A stretch of 64,000 bases of DNA from Mobula hypostoma (taxonomy: Eukaryota): NCBI RefSeq assembly GCF_963921235.1, contig NC_086109.1:9922001-9986000 (forward strand), written 5' to 3'. This document shows positions 39,395 through 52,673 of the stretch, one piece after another. Made by a program: the position numbers and the translations under genes. Each line of letters opens with the position of its first letter. The first letter of the stretch is position 1. The notes beneath the pieces were generated by a model that ran no database searches, was not told the DNA's origin, and saw nothing but the letters and a program-made list of their open reading frames with translations.

Positions 39395-41513
39395 ACTGTA
39401 AAAGACATGTTGAGGTGAGTTTAACCCTACTTGAACAAACCCCCCCCACCCCGCCGGCTCCCCGGTCGGCCGGTCCGCAAGAATATTGTCAATATTAAAC
39501 CGGTCCGCGGTACAAAAAAGGTTGGGGAGCCCTGAGCTAAGTGATATCTTTTACATAACAGGGTAACCTAATCTGTGCACAAGGTTGGTGGTGTTGTGGA
39601 TAGTGTAGAAGATTGTTGTAGGTTGCAATGAGACATTGAAAGGAAGCAGAGCGGGGCTGAGAAGTGGCAGATGGAGTTCAACCTTGAAAAGTGTGAAGTG
39701 ATACACTTTGGAAGGTTGAATTTAAAGGTAGCATGCAGGGTTAATGGCATGATTCTTAGCAGTATGGAGGAACGGAGAGATCTTTGGGTCTACATCCATA
39801 GGTCTCTCAAGGTTGTTGTGCAAGTTCCTAAGGTTGTCAAGAAGGAGTAAGACGTAGTAGTCTTCATTAAACAAGAGCTACGAGGTAATGTTGTAGCTCT
39901 ATAAAACCCTGATTGGACCACACTTGGAGTATTGTGTTCAGTTCTTGTCACTTTATAGGAAGGATATGGATTTAGATGGAATAAAGATATTTGCCAGGAT
40001 GCTGCCTGGATTGGAGAGCATGTCTCATCAGGGTAGTTCAAAGTACATTTATTATCAAAGTACGTATACTATATACTTACTTGAGATTCATCTCCTTACA
40101 GGCAGCCGCAAAACAAAGAAACCCAATAGAACCCATTAAAACAGAAGACCGTCATACACATAGTGTGCAAAAAAAATCATGTGAACAATAAAAATAAGCA
40201 AATAACATTCAGAACTGAAGTTCACAATATTGAGTCCAGAGCCATGAAGCCAGTCACGGCTGATCCAGGAGGCATTAGTTGCAGGCCACAGCCTCAGTTC
40301 AGCGCAGAGCTGAGTAAACCTCAGAGCAGTGAGCTGAACACCGGCCTGTTCCTCATTTCCAGCCTGACACCCTGACCTTTTCAATCTAACCCAGCACTTA
40401 AATCAGACAAACTGTGGGTCGTTCCTCGCTCTCAGACCCAGGCACTGCCGCTTTGATATGCTCTTGGGCCCAGGCTTTGCTGCCTCACCTCGGTTCTGCT
40501 GCTTCGCTCCATGAATAGGGCTTTTCTCTTCAGAGCAAAGAAGGCTGAGAGGTGACTTGGTAGAGCTGTACAGATGATAAGGTGCATAGATAGAGTGGAC
40601 AACCAGACACTTTTTCCCAGGGCGGAAATGGCTAATATGAAGGGAAGTAATTTTAAGGTGATTGGAGGAAAGTATAGTGCGTATGCCAGAGGTAAGTATT
40701 TTACACAGTGTGGTGTGTGTGCAGAATTCGCTGCTGGGGTGATGGTAGAGGCAGGTACATTCGGGAGGTATATGGGACTCTGGAATAGGCATATGGATGA
40801 AAGTAAAATGGGAGGCTATGTTGGAGGGAATGGTTAGATTGATCGTGGGGTAGGTTAAAAGGTCAGCACATGGGCTGAAGCGTCTGTTCTACAATGTAGT
40901 GTTCTACGTTTTATGTTCTAATCCTCCTTGTGCAGCCTCAGTGATGTGTACAACTGCAATATAATATTTCAAAGTCCAAAAGTTCAAATTAAATGCATTA
41001 TCAAAGTACATATACTGTAGGTCACAATACAACCCTGAGATTTGTTTGCTTGCGGGCATACTCAGTAAACCTAAGAACCACAAATAGAATCAGTGAAAGA
41101 CCACACCCAGCAGGGCAGAGGAACAACCAAAGTGCAAAAGTCAACAACCCTGTGCAGACACTAAAAGATAGAAATAATAATAATAAATAAATAAATAAAT
41201 ATCGAGACCCTGTGATGAAGAGTCCATGAAAGTGAGTCCATTGGTTTCCGGGAACATTTCAATGATGGGGCAAGTGAAGTTATCCCCTTTGGTTCAAGAG
41301 TTTGATGGTTGAGGCATTGTAACTGTTCATGAACCGGTTCAAATCCTATGCTCTTCTCTGACTAATGACAGCCAGTGAGCCATATTGAATGGTGGGGCAG
41401 GCTTGAGGGGCTGACTTCGGCTCATATTTTCTTGTGTGGTTCTGAAGGGGTGATTTATATTGCTTATAATTAGTAATAAGGAGCATTCCTGTATCATGTG
41501 CTTTATTTAACAG

Positions 41514-41624
41514 GCATGGCCTTTGCACTGCTTGCCAGTCTTCCACCAGTCAATGGACTGTACTCCTCGTTCTTCCCTCTTATCATCTACTTCTTCCTTG
41601 GAAGCATACACCACATGGTCCCAG
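41514..41624 (+). CDS. SLC26A9: SLC26A9 coding exon 3 (111 nt; sulfate-transporter signature region)
   Basis: (G)[36 protein letters not shown](G); ttaacag acceptor, G|gttagt donor. Not reported by the ORF track. Confidence 0.97.
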
Positions 41625-42249
41625 GTTAGTTCACCTTGCTTTCTCTCTTCTTTCTGTTCATGTTTAGCCATCCAATTGTTTTAGCCCTCATGTTTGCCAA
41701 AATGTCAATCTTTTATGACTTGTTTTACAAAAACTTGGTTGAGATTTATTTGTGCCTATATTTCTGTTGCCTTCATTTTGACAATGGGACTCTTTTTCAC
41801 AATGTCCTACAATTCCCTCAACCAACCAGTCAAGCCAGTAGGCAGTAAGACCCTTCACTGGCCTCACGAGTCAGCAAGGAAGTCATGAAAACAGCAGATA
41901 CTAAAGTGACACTGTGAGCCAGTCAGCTCTAGTAGAGAAGATCAGGTGAATGTTTCAGGTGAAGAAACAGAAGAGATAGTGGTCCAAAAATTCTCCTGCA
42001 TACCACTGTTCAGTAAAGGCAAAGATTCTAACTTAATGGGGGTCCAATTCGTGCAGCTGCCTGTAAGGAGTGCACTTGTTTTCCCTCTGACTGCGTGGTT
42101 TTTTTTTCTGGTGCTCCAATTTCAAAGGTATATGGTTAGGGTTCGTGAGTTGTGGGTATGCTATGTTGACACTGGAATTGTGGTGACACTTGTGGGCTTG
42201 TGACTGTGAATGACTTGAATAACTGTGTCATGATGCAATTGATGCATTT

Positions 42250-44382
42250 AGTCATAGTCATATTTTATTGATCCGGGGGGAAATTGGTTTTCATTACAGT
42301 TGCACCATAAATAATTAAATAGTAATAAAACCATAAATAGTTAAATTAAATTATGCCAGGAAATAAGTCCAGGACCAGCCTATTGGCACAAGGGTGTCTG
42401 ACCCTCCAAGGGAGGAGTTGTAAAGTTTGGTGGCCACAGGCAGGAATGACTTCCTATGACGCTCTGTGTTGCATCTCGGTGGAATGAGTCTCTGGTTGAA
42501 TGTACTCCTATGCCCAACCAGTCCATTATGTAGTGGATGGGAGACATTGTCCAAGATGGCATGCAACTTGGACAGCAAACAACACAAATTCTGCAGATGC
42601 TGGAAATTCAAGCAACACACATCAAAGTTGCTGGTAAACGCAGCAGGCCAAGCAGCATCTCTAGGAAGAGGTGCAGTGGACGTTTCAGGCCGAGACCCTT
42701 CGTCAGGACTAACTGAAGGAAGAGTGAGTAAGGGATTTGAAAGTTGGAGGGGGAGGGGGAGATCCAAAATGATAGGAGAAGACAGGAGGGGGAGGGATAG
42801 AGCCAAGAGCTGGACAGGTGATAGGCAAAAGGGGATATGAGAGGATCATGGGACAGGAGGTCAGGGAAGAAAGACAAGGGGGGGGGGACCCAGAGGATGG
42901 GCAAGAGGTATATTCAGAGGGACAGTGAGAAAAAGGAGAGTGAGAGAAAGAATGTGTGCATAAAAATGAGTAACAGATGGGGTACGAGGGGGAGGTGGGG
43001 CCTTAGCGGAAGTTAGAGAAGTCGATGTTCATGCCATCAGGTTGGAGGCTACCCAGACGGAATTTAAGGTGTTGTTCCTCCAACCTGAGTGTGGCTTCAT
43101 CTTTACAGTAGAGGAGGCCGTGGATAGACATGTCAGAATGGGAATGGGATGTGGAATGAAAATGTGTGGCCACTGGGAGATCCTGCTTTCTCTGGCAGAC
43201 AGAGCGTAGATGTTCAGCAAAGCGGTCTCCCAGTCTGTGTCGGATCTTGCCAATATATAAAAGGCCACATCGGGAGCACCGGACGCAGTATATCACCCCA
43301 GTCGACTCACAGGTGAAGTGTTGCCTCACCTGGAAGGACTGTTTGGGGCCCTGAATGGTGGTAAGGGAGGAAGTGTAAGGGCAAGTGTAGCACTTGTTCC
43401 GCTTACACGGATAAGTGCCAGGAGGGAGATCAGTGGGGAGGGATGGGGGGGACGAATGGACAAGGGAGTTGTGTAGGGAGCGATCCCTATGGAATGCAGA
43501 GAGAGGGGGGGAGGGAAAGATGTGCTTAGTGGTGGGATCCTGTTGGAGGTGGCGGAAGTTACGGAGAATAATATGTTGGACCCGGAGGCTGGTGGGGTGG
43601 TAGGTGAGGACCAGGGGAACCCTATTCCTAGTGCGGTGGCGGGAGGATGGAGTGAGAGCAGATGTACGTGAAATGGGGGAGATGCGTTTAAGAGCAGAGT
43701 TGATAGTGGAGGAAGGGAAGCCCCTTTCTTTAAAAAAGGAAGACATCTCCCTCGTCCTAGAATGAAAAGCCTCATCCTGAGAGCAGATGCGGCGGAGACG
43801 GAGGAATTGCGAGAAGGGGATGGCGTTTTTGCAAGAGACAGGGTGAGAAGAGGAATAGTCCAGATAGCTGTGAGAGTCAGTAGGCTTATAGTAGGCATCA
43901 GTGGATAAGCTGTCTCCAGAGACAGAGACAGAAAGATCTAGAAAGGGGAGGGAGGTGTCGGAAATGGACCAGGTAAACTTGAGGGCAGGGTGAAAGTTGG
44001 AGGCAAAGTTGGACAGCATCCGCTTTTCAGACACCACTGTCAGAGAGTCCAGTTCCATCCCCACAACATCACTGGCGTTACGAATGAGTTTGTTGATTCT
44101 GTTGGTGTCTGCTACCCTCAGCCTGCTGCCCCAGCACACAACAGCAAACATGATCACACTGGCCACCACAGACTCGTAGAACATCCTCAGCATTGTCTAG
44201 CAGATGTTAAAGGACCTCAGTCTCCTCAGGAAATAGAGACGGCTCTGACCCTTCTTGTAGACAGCCTCAGTGTTCTTTGACCAGTCCAGTTTATTGTCAA
44301 TTCGTATCCCCAGGTATCTGTAATCCTCCACCATGTCCACACTGACCCTCTGGATGGAAACAGGGGTCACCGGTGCCTTAGC
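42250..44382 (-). mobile_element. Rex1/Babar LINE copy (42250-42577 plus 44009-44382) split by a Penelope insertion
   Basis: Near-identical to the 37970-38857 copy on both sides of the insertion. Confidence 0.88.
42578..44008 (-). mobile_element. Penelope-like element (Neptune-type: RT thumb, Cys-rich linker, GIY-YIG endonuclease), 5'-truncated, ORF intact
   Basis: FHPALKFT...LPFLDL...YYKPT...SSHP...AIPFSQFLRLRRICS; PCKRNKCYTC; VIYCVRCSRCGLLYIG...RFAEH...LEEQHL...GMN. 10-bp TSD ttggacagca (42568-42577 / 44009-44018). Hammerhead motif at 42674-42711(-). Confidence 0.92.
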
Positions 44383-47181
44383 TGTATGTTTCAATGTATA
44401 TGTGACAAATTAAACTAATCTGAAAGAAATTGTCTTTGAGTATAGTCATCATCCCTCACCAGGAAACTATCTTCAGTTGTGGTGTCATTGCAGAGTAGAA
44501 GAAGGTCACCTTGTCCCCCCCACCCCCGAGCTGGGGCTCACAAAACTCCCTGTCACCATTTGGTATAAGAAGTTAGAAATGAGAACCAGTGTGGCAGATT
44601 TTTAATTGAGGTTACTGTTTGCCTTTGTGGGTAGTGATTTGGCTTGTGACTCTCTGGAACTTGCTGCCCCTCATGGTTATGGAGGCCAGAACTTTGAGGA
44701 GGTGTTAAAAGAAGAGATAGCTACAGTTTTGAAAGATCATTGGGAAACTGGCACAGATGAGGAGATAGTCCATTGAGACTATGTTGGTGCTCAGTCCCAT
44801 CAATCTCATTCCTCCACTCCCTTCCCTGTAATCTATTGCCTTCTTACACACATCAATCAATTCCACACAATTCTTCTACCAACCCACAACTCTTTTGGGA
44901 TTTGGGGAGAAACCAGAGCATCCGGGGAAACCTACAGGGTGACTGAGAATGTGTGGATTCCACCTACACTCACTGCACTGGAGGTCAGGTCATTCCCCTT
45001 TATTCCCACAATAAATATGGAACACTTAGAACATTACAGCACAGCACAGGCCCTTCGGCCCAAGACTATTTAACCTACACTGTGATCACCCTGACATAGT
45101 CCTCCATTGTGCCTATCTTAATGCCCATAATGTATCTGACTCTACCACCACCCCTGGTAGATGGCTGTTGCTGGGACGACTCTTTGGAACTACTGCATAG
45201 ACGGTTGTGGGTGTAGCTCAGCATATCACTAAAACCAGCCACCCTTCCATGGGTTCTCTCTGCATTTCTTGCTGCCTCGGTAAATCAGCCAGCATAATAA
45301 ACCGCGCCTCCCCCCCCCCCCTTTCTGGACATTCTCTCTTCTCCCCACCCCCCTCACTTCCATCAGACGAAAGATGCAAGTGCTTGACAACACACACTGC
45401 CAGGCCCAAAGGGAACTCATGTCCTGCTGTTATAAGACTACTGAAAGGACCTTTTGCGTGACTACTTTAAATTAAACTTGTCTATTATTATCACATATGC
45501 TGAAGTACAGAAAAAAAAACTTCCATGCCATTCATACAGATTATTTCATCACGTCAGTAGCTCAAGGTAATACAGGGGAAAACAATGACAGAATGCAGAA
45601 TGAAGTGTAAACAGAGAAAGTCCAGTGCAGACAGACAATAAGCTATAAAACCAGGACAGGGTAGATTGTAGAAGAGTCCATCTCATCATACAGATGACCT
45701 CATAAGATCATCATAAAGATGAACACTTATCTTCACAAACTATCTCATCATAACTCTTGCACCTTATTGTCTGACAGCATTGCTTTTCCTCTGAACTGTA
45801 CAATACATCCTGCATTAAAAATTCAAAGGTCAAAGTAAATTTTATTATCAAAGAACATATATGTCATCATATACAACCCCAAGATTCATTTTCTTGTGGG
45901 TATACTCAACAAATCTATAGAATAATAACTATAACAGAATCAATGAAATTCTGCCCAACCAGGGTGTTCAACCAGAGAGCAGAAGGCAACAAACTGTGCA
46001 AATGCAAAAAGAAGAAACAATAATAATAAAAATAAATAAATAAATATCGATAACATGAGTTGAAGAGACCTTGAAAGAGAGTTCATAGGTTGTGGGAGCA
46101 TTTCAGTGACGGGGCAAGTAAGGTTGAGTGAAGTTATCCCCTTTGGTTCAAGAGTCTGATGATTGAGGGGTAATAACTGTTCCTGGGCCTGGTGGTGCAA
46201 GTCCTGAGGCTCTTGTACCTTCTTCCTGATGAGAAGAGAGCATGACCTGGGTGGTGGGGGTCCCTGTTGATGAGTGCTGCTTTCCTGCGACAGCGTTTCA
46301 TGTCGATGTGTTCAATGGTGGGGAGAGCTTTACCTGTAATGGACTGGGCCGTATCTACTAATTTTTGTAGGATTTTCTGTGCAAGGGCATTGGTGTTTCC
46401 ATACCAGGCTGTGATGCAGACAGTCTATATACTCTCCATCACACATCTATAGAAGTTTATCAAAGTTCTAGATGTCATGCTGAGTCTCTGCAGACTCCTG
46501 AGGAAGTAGAGGTGCTACTGTGCTTTCTTCAAAATTGCACTTTTTGCTGGCCCCAGGACAGGTCCTCAGAAATAATAATATGTAGGAATTTAAAATTGAT
46601 GCCCCTCTCCACTTCCAATCCTCCAATGAGGAATGTCTCATGGACTTCTAGTTTCTTTCTCCTAAATCCTTATTCAGTTCCTTGGCCTTGCTGACCTTGT
46701 GCGAGAGGTTGCTGTTATGACACCAGTCAGCCAGGTTTTATGTCTCCCTTCTGTATGCTGATGCATCACCATTTTTGATTTGGCCAATGACAGTGGTGTC
46801 ATCAGCAAACTTGCATATGGTATTGGAGCTGTGCTTAGCCGCACAGTCACAAGTGTAAAGTGAATAGAGCAAGGGGGGGCTAACCACACAGCCTTGCGGT
46901 GCACCTGTGCTGATGGAAATCAGTGAGGAAATGTGGTCGCCAATCCGAACTGGCTGTTTTTCTGTGGTAGTGCCTCAGTGTACTGAAGTTTAGAGATGAT
47001 CAGCTGGATGGCATCCAAAACTAAGTTTCTCAGTGTATCTTGGGACCTATGACAATACTAAATCAATACCAACACCAACAGTGTACATGTGCTTGTAGAT
47101 CTGTGGAAATTATGAATGACAGACAGAAATCGTACTTCTGCAGCTCGATATGACTTTATGTCTGGTGCGGGTTTCTAACAG

Positions 47182-47357
47182 GTACATTTGCTGTGTTGAG
47201 CATCATTGTCGGGAATGTGGTTCAAACCCTGGCTCCAGTCGAGAAGTTTCAACACTTCAATGAAACTCTGAATGAGACGGTGACGGACATCACTGCCATG
47301 AATGCTGAGCGCATGCACATATCAGGAACCCTGACGTGTTTAACAGCTATCATACAG
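47182..47357 (+). CDS. SLC26A9: SLC26A9 coding exon 4 (176 nt)
   Basis: (G)TFAVLSIIVGNVVQTLAPVEKFQHFNETLNETVTDITAMNAERMHISGTLTCLTAIIQ; ctaacag acceptor, CAG|gtaaaa donor; two N-E-T sequons in the predicted extracellular loop. Confidence 0.96.
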
Positions 47358-50241
47358 GTAAAAAGTTCATACAAGCCTCTGGCAGATAAACGTAAAGTGG
47401 AATGCAATACAGATTTAACAAGCTCTTTAGGACAGTGTAGGAGAAAGATAACAAATTACTACAGCTCTAATGCAGCTGAAAGTTCATGGATAAGTTTGTG
47501 GATATTTGGGGAGGTTACTATGTAATCACTTGGACCAACCCACAGGGAGTATGTTGGGACCATTTATGATATATAGCTGTTGATTTCTGCTATGATTTCC
47601 TTTCTGATAATCACTGGCATTTCAGGTTAGGAACCATAAACACAAGAGGTTCTGCAGATGGTGGAAACCCAGAGCAACACACACAAAATGCCAGAGGAAC
47701 TCGGCAGGTTAAGCAGCATCTGTGTGGGGAGGGGGATTGGAAATAGGTGCTGACTGTTTATTCCACTCCATAGAAGCTGCCTTACTTGCCGAGTCCTCTA
47801 GTATTTTGTATTCTTGTTTATTTTATTAAGAGATACAGCATGGTAACAGGCCATCCTGGCCTGACAAACCTGTGCGCCCAATTACACCTGAATAACCAAT
47901 GGGTTGCTCCTTACACACAAAATGCTGGCGGAACTCAGCAGGTCAGGCAGCATCTGTGGAGGGAAATAAGCAGTCAACATTTTGGGTCCTGTTGAAGCCT
48001 GAAACATGCGTTTATTGTGATAAAGTCATTAACTCGCAGCTCCTGTGACCTGGTCTCCACCTTGACTGATCTCTGGGATGCTATATGGTGCCTGTACAAA
48101 CTCAGCAGGTCAGGCAGCACCTATGAAGAGGAGTCAAAAGTTGTTGTTTTGGGCCAAGATCCTTCATCAGGACTGGAAAGGAAGGGGATAGAAGCCAGAA
48201 TAAGAAGTTGGGAGGGGAGGAGAAGGAGTACAAGCTGGCAGGGGAGAAGTGAGACTAGGTGAGGGGAAAGGTGGGAGGGTGGGGTAGGGGGAATGAAGTG
48301 AGAGGCTGGGAGGTGATAGGTGGAAGAGGTACAGGGCTGAAGAAGAAGGAATCTGATAGGAGAAGAGAGTGGACCATGGGAAAAAGAAAAGTACGAGGGG
48401 CACAGAAGTTGCTAGGGAACAAGCTGGGAAATTTGTCCCGTTGTTTCAACCAAACCTGACCTTGTTGTGTTGAGCCACAGTTTGATTTATTTCCTTTTGC
48501 TGGTCCAACCTGCCATTCTTTGAAGAAAAGTCCTTGGGACTTTTCACATCAGCTGAAGGAATTGAGAGAGCCTCAGTTTAATGGCTTGTCAGAAGATGTC
48601 ACCTCACTGGAATACCTTGGATATAGGTTCCCTGATCTGAAATGAGTCTTGAATTCACAAAGTGAGGGTACAGTAACCTACTGTTCAAACAGCTGCTATG
48701 GCAGCTCCAGAACTGGACCATTAATCTAGTGACACCGATTCGAATCCCATCATGTTAACTAGGGAATTTAAATTCAATTAGAATCATAGTGCACTACAGC
48801 ACAGAAACAGGCCCTACAACCCATCTTGTCCAAGCTGAACGATTATTCTGCTTAGTTCCATTGACCTGTGCCTGGTCTTTAGCCCTTCATACCCCTCCCA
48901 TTCATGTACTTATCTAAACTTCTCTTAAATGTTGAAATCAAATCTGCATCCACCACTTACGCTGGCAGCTTGTTCCACTCTCTCACCACCCTGTGAGTGA
49001 AAAAGTTCCCTCCCATGTTCCACTGAAACATTTCACCTTTCACCCTTAACCCATGACCTCTAGTCTCACCCAACGTCGATGGGAAAAGACTGCTTATATT
49101 TACCTATCTTATAATTTTATACACCTCTATCAAATCTCTCCTCATTCTCCTACACTCCAAGGCAAAAATTAAGAGTATTTTTTAAATGCAGGTATCAATG
49201 ATAGTGGGCCAGAAGCCAGTGGGTTGTCATTAGTAAAATCATCTGATCTGTTAATGTCCTTTGGGGCTCATTCATTCACTATGTACCATGTCGTATGTCA
49301 TGGGCGACCATGGACATACCCATGACCTTGATCGTTCTTGGCAATTTTTTCTGCAGAAGTGGTTTGCCATTGCCGCCTTCTGGGCAGTGTCTTTACAAGA
49401 TGGGTGACCCCAGCCATTGTCAATACTCTTCAGAGATTGTTCGCCTGTCGTTAGTGCTCACATAACCAGGACTTGTGATATGCACCAGCTGCTTATACAA
49501 CCATCCACCATCTGCACACACAGCCCTCACTGGGGGTGGGGGCGCTAAGCAGGTGCTACACTTTGCCCAAGGGTGACCTCTAGACTAGTGGAGGGAAGGA
49601 GTGCTTACACCTCCTATGGTAGAAATGTATCTCCACCCTGCCACCCACCCTTTGGGACTAAGGGGAGTAAATCTGTTCCCTTTATCAATTTTGGTCTCAA
49701 TATCATTCCAGACCCATCAATATGCTTCTTACTGCTTCTCAGATGCCTCAATAAACAAAGTATTTTGAAAAAAATACATTGGGTCAGGCAGCATCTGAGG
49801 AAGGAAATGGGCGATTGATGATTAGGTCAAGACCCTTCATCTGGCCAGAGATGATAGAGGGGAAATAGCAGAATAAAGATACTGAGATAAAGAGCGACAC
49901 AAGAACCGACAAGTGATAGGTGGACTTAGGTAAGGAGGGGTGATAGGCAGAAGAGGGAGGATCTGGGTGGTGGGTAAATTATCCCTGGTGTAGGAAGTGG
50001 AAGGAGAATCAGGGTAGAGTTGATTGGCGCATATTAGTCAATCTCAAGGGAACTCAGGGGAAATGTGTGGAGGAATAGGATTGATGAAATTGAAAGCCAA
50101 CATTGAACTAAAGGACCAAATGGCCTCTATTATATCAGGCTGTGAGCTCCTTGGTCAGAGGGACAGTTCAGAACTTCTCCTTGTTCATGCTCCATGATTC
50201 ACTGTTAACACTTACCGACAATCTCTCTTGTTAATCAACAG

Positions 50242-50406
50242 ATTTGTCTAGGCTTCGTTCAGTTTGGCTTTATTTCAATTTACCTCTCCGAATCATTTAT
50301 CAGAGGATTCATGACGGCAGCCGGGCTGCAGATCTTGATCTCAGTGTTGAAGTATATATTTGGTCTGTCTATCCATGCCTACAGTGGTCCTTTGGCAATA
50401 ATATAT
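50242..50406 (+). CDS. SLC26A9: SLC26A9 coding exon 5 (165 nt)
   Basis: ICLGFVQFGFISIYLSESFIRGFMTAAGLQILISVLKYIFGLSIHAYSGPLAIIY; caacag acceptor, |gtaagt donor. Confidence 0.97.
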
Positions 50407-50504
50407 GTAAGTACAGGTCTGGCCGCCAATGAGTGCCTACGTATTTTGTCACCTGAGTTTTCCATGTTAACATTGCTCACCTTACTGTTGCTTGCTTTAA
50501 CCAG

Positions 50505-50657
50505 ACATTCATAGACATCTGCAAAAACCTTCCCAAAACCAATGTGGCTTCACTGATTTACGCTCTGATCAGCAGTGTGGTCTTATTCGCTGTGAAAGAG
50601 ATCAACGTCAGATTTAAGCACAAGCTTCCATTTCCCATCCCAATGGAAATCATCATT
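50505..50657 (+). CDS. SLC26A9: SLC26A9 coding exon 6 (153 nt), after a 98-nt intron
   Basis: TFIDICKNLPKTNVASLIYALISSVVLFAVKEINVRFKHKLPFPIPMEIII; taaccag acceptor, |gtaagt donor. Confidence 0.97.
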
Positions 50658-50726
50658 GTAAGTAATACGTTCCAACTCCATCCATTCCTTGACCTTGCTC
50701 TGAATCACAGTCATGACTATTCACTA

Positions 50727-51523
50727 CACTGGACAACAAATTTTTTTTTTGGAAGTGTTGCTTCCTCAGAATTTTTCATTGTTTATGGTAGACCACTTGA
50801 AGCCGAACACAAATATAATTTCAGACTACATGTATAACAAGGAACTTGGACAAACAAAATATTAATTTTTATAAAATAGAATGGGTTTAATTGCATAACG
50901 GTGCTGTTGCTTTGCAACAGTTCAACTAAGCTGAAAATGTTTTGTGGATGATTTTCATTTGTACTCAGTGTCTGAGGCTTCTTGCTTAAGTGCCCAATAA
51001 TAATCAGCCAGCATTGATGGATTCCATTTGGCCTGATGCTGTTTCACCATGACCGCAATGTCCTGGTGAAACGTTTCACCATGCTCATCGCTGACAGTGC
51101 CAAGATTTACAGGGAAGAAATCTGAATGGGAATGCAGAGTTTGACTCTTGAGTGACGTGTTGCATTCATGGTTTTGTATGCTTGAAGTATGTTGTCTACC
51201 GGTAGTTTGGTGCTCTGTAGTTACCCAGAAAATTTTCAACAACATCCTTGAATGCCTTCCATGCGATTTTCTCTGGTGGCACTAGAAGTTCTTTGAATTG
51301 CCTGTCATTGATGACCTGTTTGATTTGTGGATCAAAAAAAGCCTTCCTTATTCTTTGCATCAGTTATTCTGACTTGAAATATGAATTGAAATAACAAATG
51401 TAGGTGATTTCAAAATAGAAATGGTGCCTGATGGGGAAACTTCATGACTTTCATGACCAGCTGCCCAAAATCCATAAGGTACACACAAAAGTATTCAGGA
51501 AGCAAAATCTTTGTTGTTCAGTT
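50727..51523. mobile_element. Internally deleted Chapaev3-like (CMC) DNA transposon
   Basis: Termini cactggacaacaaa / tttgttgttcagt. Minus-strand remnant HSDFFPVNLGTVSDEHGETFHQDI...WNPSMLADYYW resembles the Chapaev3 transposase C-terminus (recognised from memory). Confidence 0.7.
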
Positions 51524-52621
51524 ACCCATCACTGTCAGGATCTGCATAGCTGCTGATGAGGGGTGAACCTCCCTGACGGAGACACATAAAGGCTTAGTGA
51601 GCCAATGATAAATTATTATTTCATTATTATTGTTGTCACATGGATTGAGGTACAGTGAACAATTTTATTTTGCATGCCATCCATGCAGATTAAGGATTCA
51701 AAGATTCAAAGTACGTTTATTATCAAAGTATGCATGTAGTATACAACCCTGAGATTCATCTTCCCCACAGCCAGCCATGAAACAAAGAAAACCATGCAAC
51801 CCATTCAAGGAAAAGCATCAAACCCCCTCCCCACACGCAAAGAAAAACAAATCATGCAAATGACAAAAAAGAGCGAGAAACACAGAATATAAAGCATAAA
51901 ATCAAAAGATTCTAGGCATATTCAGTTCAGTTCATTCTGGCACTGTGTTGTTCATTATCTGCAGGCTGTCCCGATCAAAATTGCCCAAAATAGCAACAAG
52001 AAAAGAAGCAACACGCACAAAATGCTGGAGGAACTCAGCAGGCCAGGCAGCATTGATGGAAAAAAGCACAGTCAACATTTTGGGCCGAAACCCTTAGGCA
52101 GACCATTTTATTGTAACAGTGCATTGGGGTAGTGCAGATGAAAGCAATAAGAGAGTAAAGTGTGAAGTGTTATAGTTATAGAGAGAGTGCATTGCAGTTA
52201 GACAAAGAGCAAGGTCATAACAATGTAGATTGTGAGGCCCAGAGTCCATCTTTAAGATAAAGATAAAGATAAAAGTTAGCTTTATTTGTCACATGTACAT
52301 CAAAACCTACAGTGGAATGTGTTGTTTCCATCACAGACCGAGGATGTGCCACCTAGCTTGCCCACAATTAGTAAACCCTTACTGACCTGTATGTCTTTGG
52401 TATGTGGGAGGAAACCAGAGTAACTGGAGGAAACCCACATGGTCACAGGAAGAATGTACAAACTCCTTATAGAGAGCATCAGGAATTGAACCCTGATCAT
52501 CGGCGAAGTAAAACTCTTTAACTACTGTGTTATCCCATTGCACAAGAGGCCCACTCAACAGGGAATAGAAGCTGTCCTTGAACCTGGTTGTACGTGCTTT
52601 CAGGTGTAAGGGGGTGAATCG

Positions 52622-52673
52622 GCCGTGATCGTATAGTGGTTAGTACTCTGCGTTGTGGCTGCAGCAACCTCGG
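52622..52673 (+). pseudogene. tRNA-His(GUG) 5' 52-nt fragment in the left TIR
   Basis: GCCGTGATCGTATAGTGGTTAGTACTCTGCGTTGTGGCtGCAGCAACCTCGG: one mismatch to vertebrate tRNA-His(GUG); intact T-arm and 3' acceptor strand are missing. Confidence 0.9.

Larger units (their letters stand above)
37861..39534. mobile_element. Non-autonomous hAT element containing nested Rex1 and a second TIR element
   Basis: Termini cagcagtccccaacc / ggttggggagccctg; perfect 8-bp TSD agctaagt at 37853-37860 and 39535-39542. Confidence 0.85.

Noticed and set aside
43003..44193. Host gene encoding a 396-aa protein
   Set aside because: It is a Rex1/PLE junction explained by a TSD-flanked insertion.
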